Source: Octopus sinensis (taxonomy: Eukaryota). Taken from it: 7,123 bases of DNA. Within the stretch, counting starts at the first letter, position 1, and the number at the start of each line of letters is the position of its first letter. The DNA is taken from contig NW_021828989.1 of assembly GCF_006345805.1 (NCBI RefSeq), forward strand, positions 1 through 7,123, given 5' to 3'. The translations under genes were made by a program, and so were the position numbers. The notes beneath the pieces are model-generated. The model was not told where the DNA came from and ran no database searches. It saw only the letters and a list, made by a program, of their open reading frames with translations. Shown piece by piece: positions 6,781-7,123 of the stretch.

Positions 6781-7123
6781 GTGGGACTGTGTGTGGTAAA
6801 AAGCTTCCTTACCAACCACATGGTTCCGAGTTCAGTTCCACTGCACGGCACGTTCGACCAAAGCCTTGTGAGTGGATTTGGTAGACAGAAACTGAGAGAA
6901 GCCCGTAGTATATAGATGTCTGTGTGTGTGACTGCGCGCGTGTGTTGTGCACGTGCGCGCGCGTGTGTGTGTGTATGTATGTATATGTTCGTGTATGTGT
7001 TTGTCCCCCCCACCATCACTTGACAACCGATGTCGGTGTGTTTACGTCCGGTAACTTAGTAGCGATTCGACAAATGGGCCGCAATAGAATAAGTATTAGG
7101 CTTACAAAGAAATGGTCCAGGGG
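6781..7123 (+). mobile_element. Second Octopus-type tRNA-derived SINE family, with an internal GT/GC microsatellite; runs off the window end
   Basis: A-box-like ..GTGTGGTAA at ~6783-6799 and B-box-like AGTTCAGTTCC at 6829-6839. Hallmark segments CTTACCAACCACATGGTTCC, CGACCAAAGCCTTGTGAGTGGATTTGGTAGAC and TTTGTCCCCCC..CTTGACAACCGATG..GTGTGTTTACGTC match a common Octopus SINE as I remember it. Confidence 0.82.

Noticed and set aside
690-7123. Uni-strand piRNA-cluster-like TE trap
   Set aside because: TE orientations are mixed and this TE density is ordinary for such genomes. Small-RNA data would be needed to test it.

Overview
AT-rich, microsatellite-dense eukaryotic DNA, most likely a coleoid cephalopod (Octopus-like). 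The taxon is inferred from tRNA-type SINE sequences that I recognise from memory, not from a database search. I find no intact protein-coding gene, RNA gene, CRISPR array or prokaryotic system. The supplied ORFs are low-complexity artefacts or chance frames. The window is mostly decayed and nested transposable elements. (1) An R4/Dong-type restriction-like-endonuclease (RLE) non-LTR retrotransposon lies on + at ~690-2660, strongly supported from ~1220. It is split by three SINE copies and bracketed by (AAT)n and (GAA)n tracts. (2) An internally deleted 601-bp Tc1/mariner element (4086-4686) keeps both TIRs and only the N-terminal DNA-binding region. (3) A Penelope-like RT/GIY-YIG relic lies on + at ~5040-5770. 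(4) A possible RTE-type RT relic lies on - at ~6050-6270. (5) A second SINE family runs off the right edge. The only candidate host-functional signal is a CpG-rich patch at 3695-3885 with a CRE, an E-box, a pyrimidine-rich initiator-like tract and a GTAAGT donor, which may be a promoter and first exon. All protein homologies were judged by eye against remembered family consensus motifs and need HMM or Dfam/Repbase confirmation.
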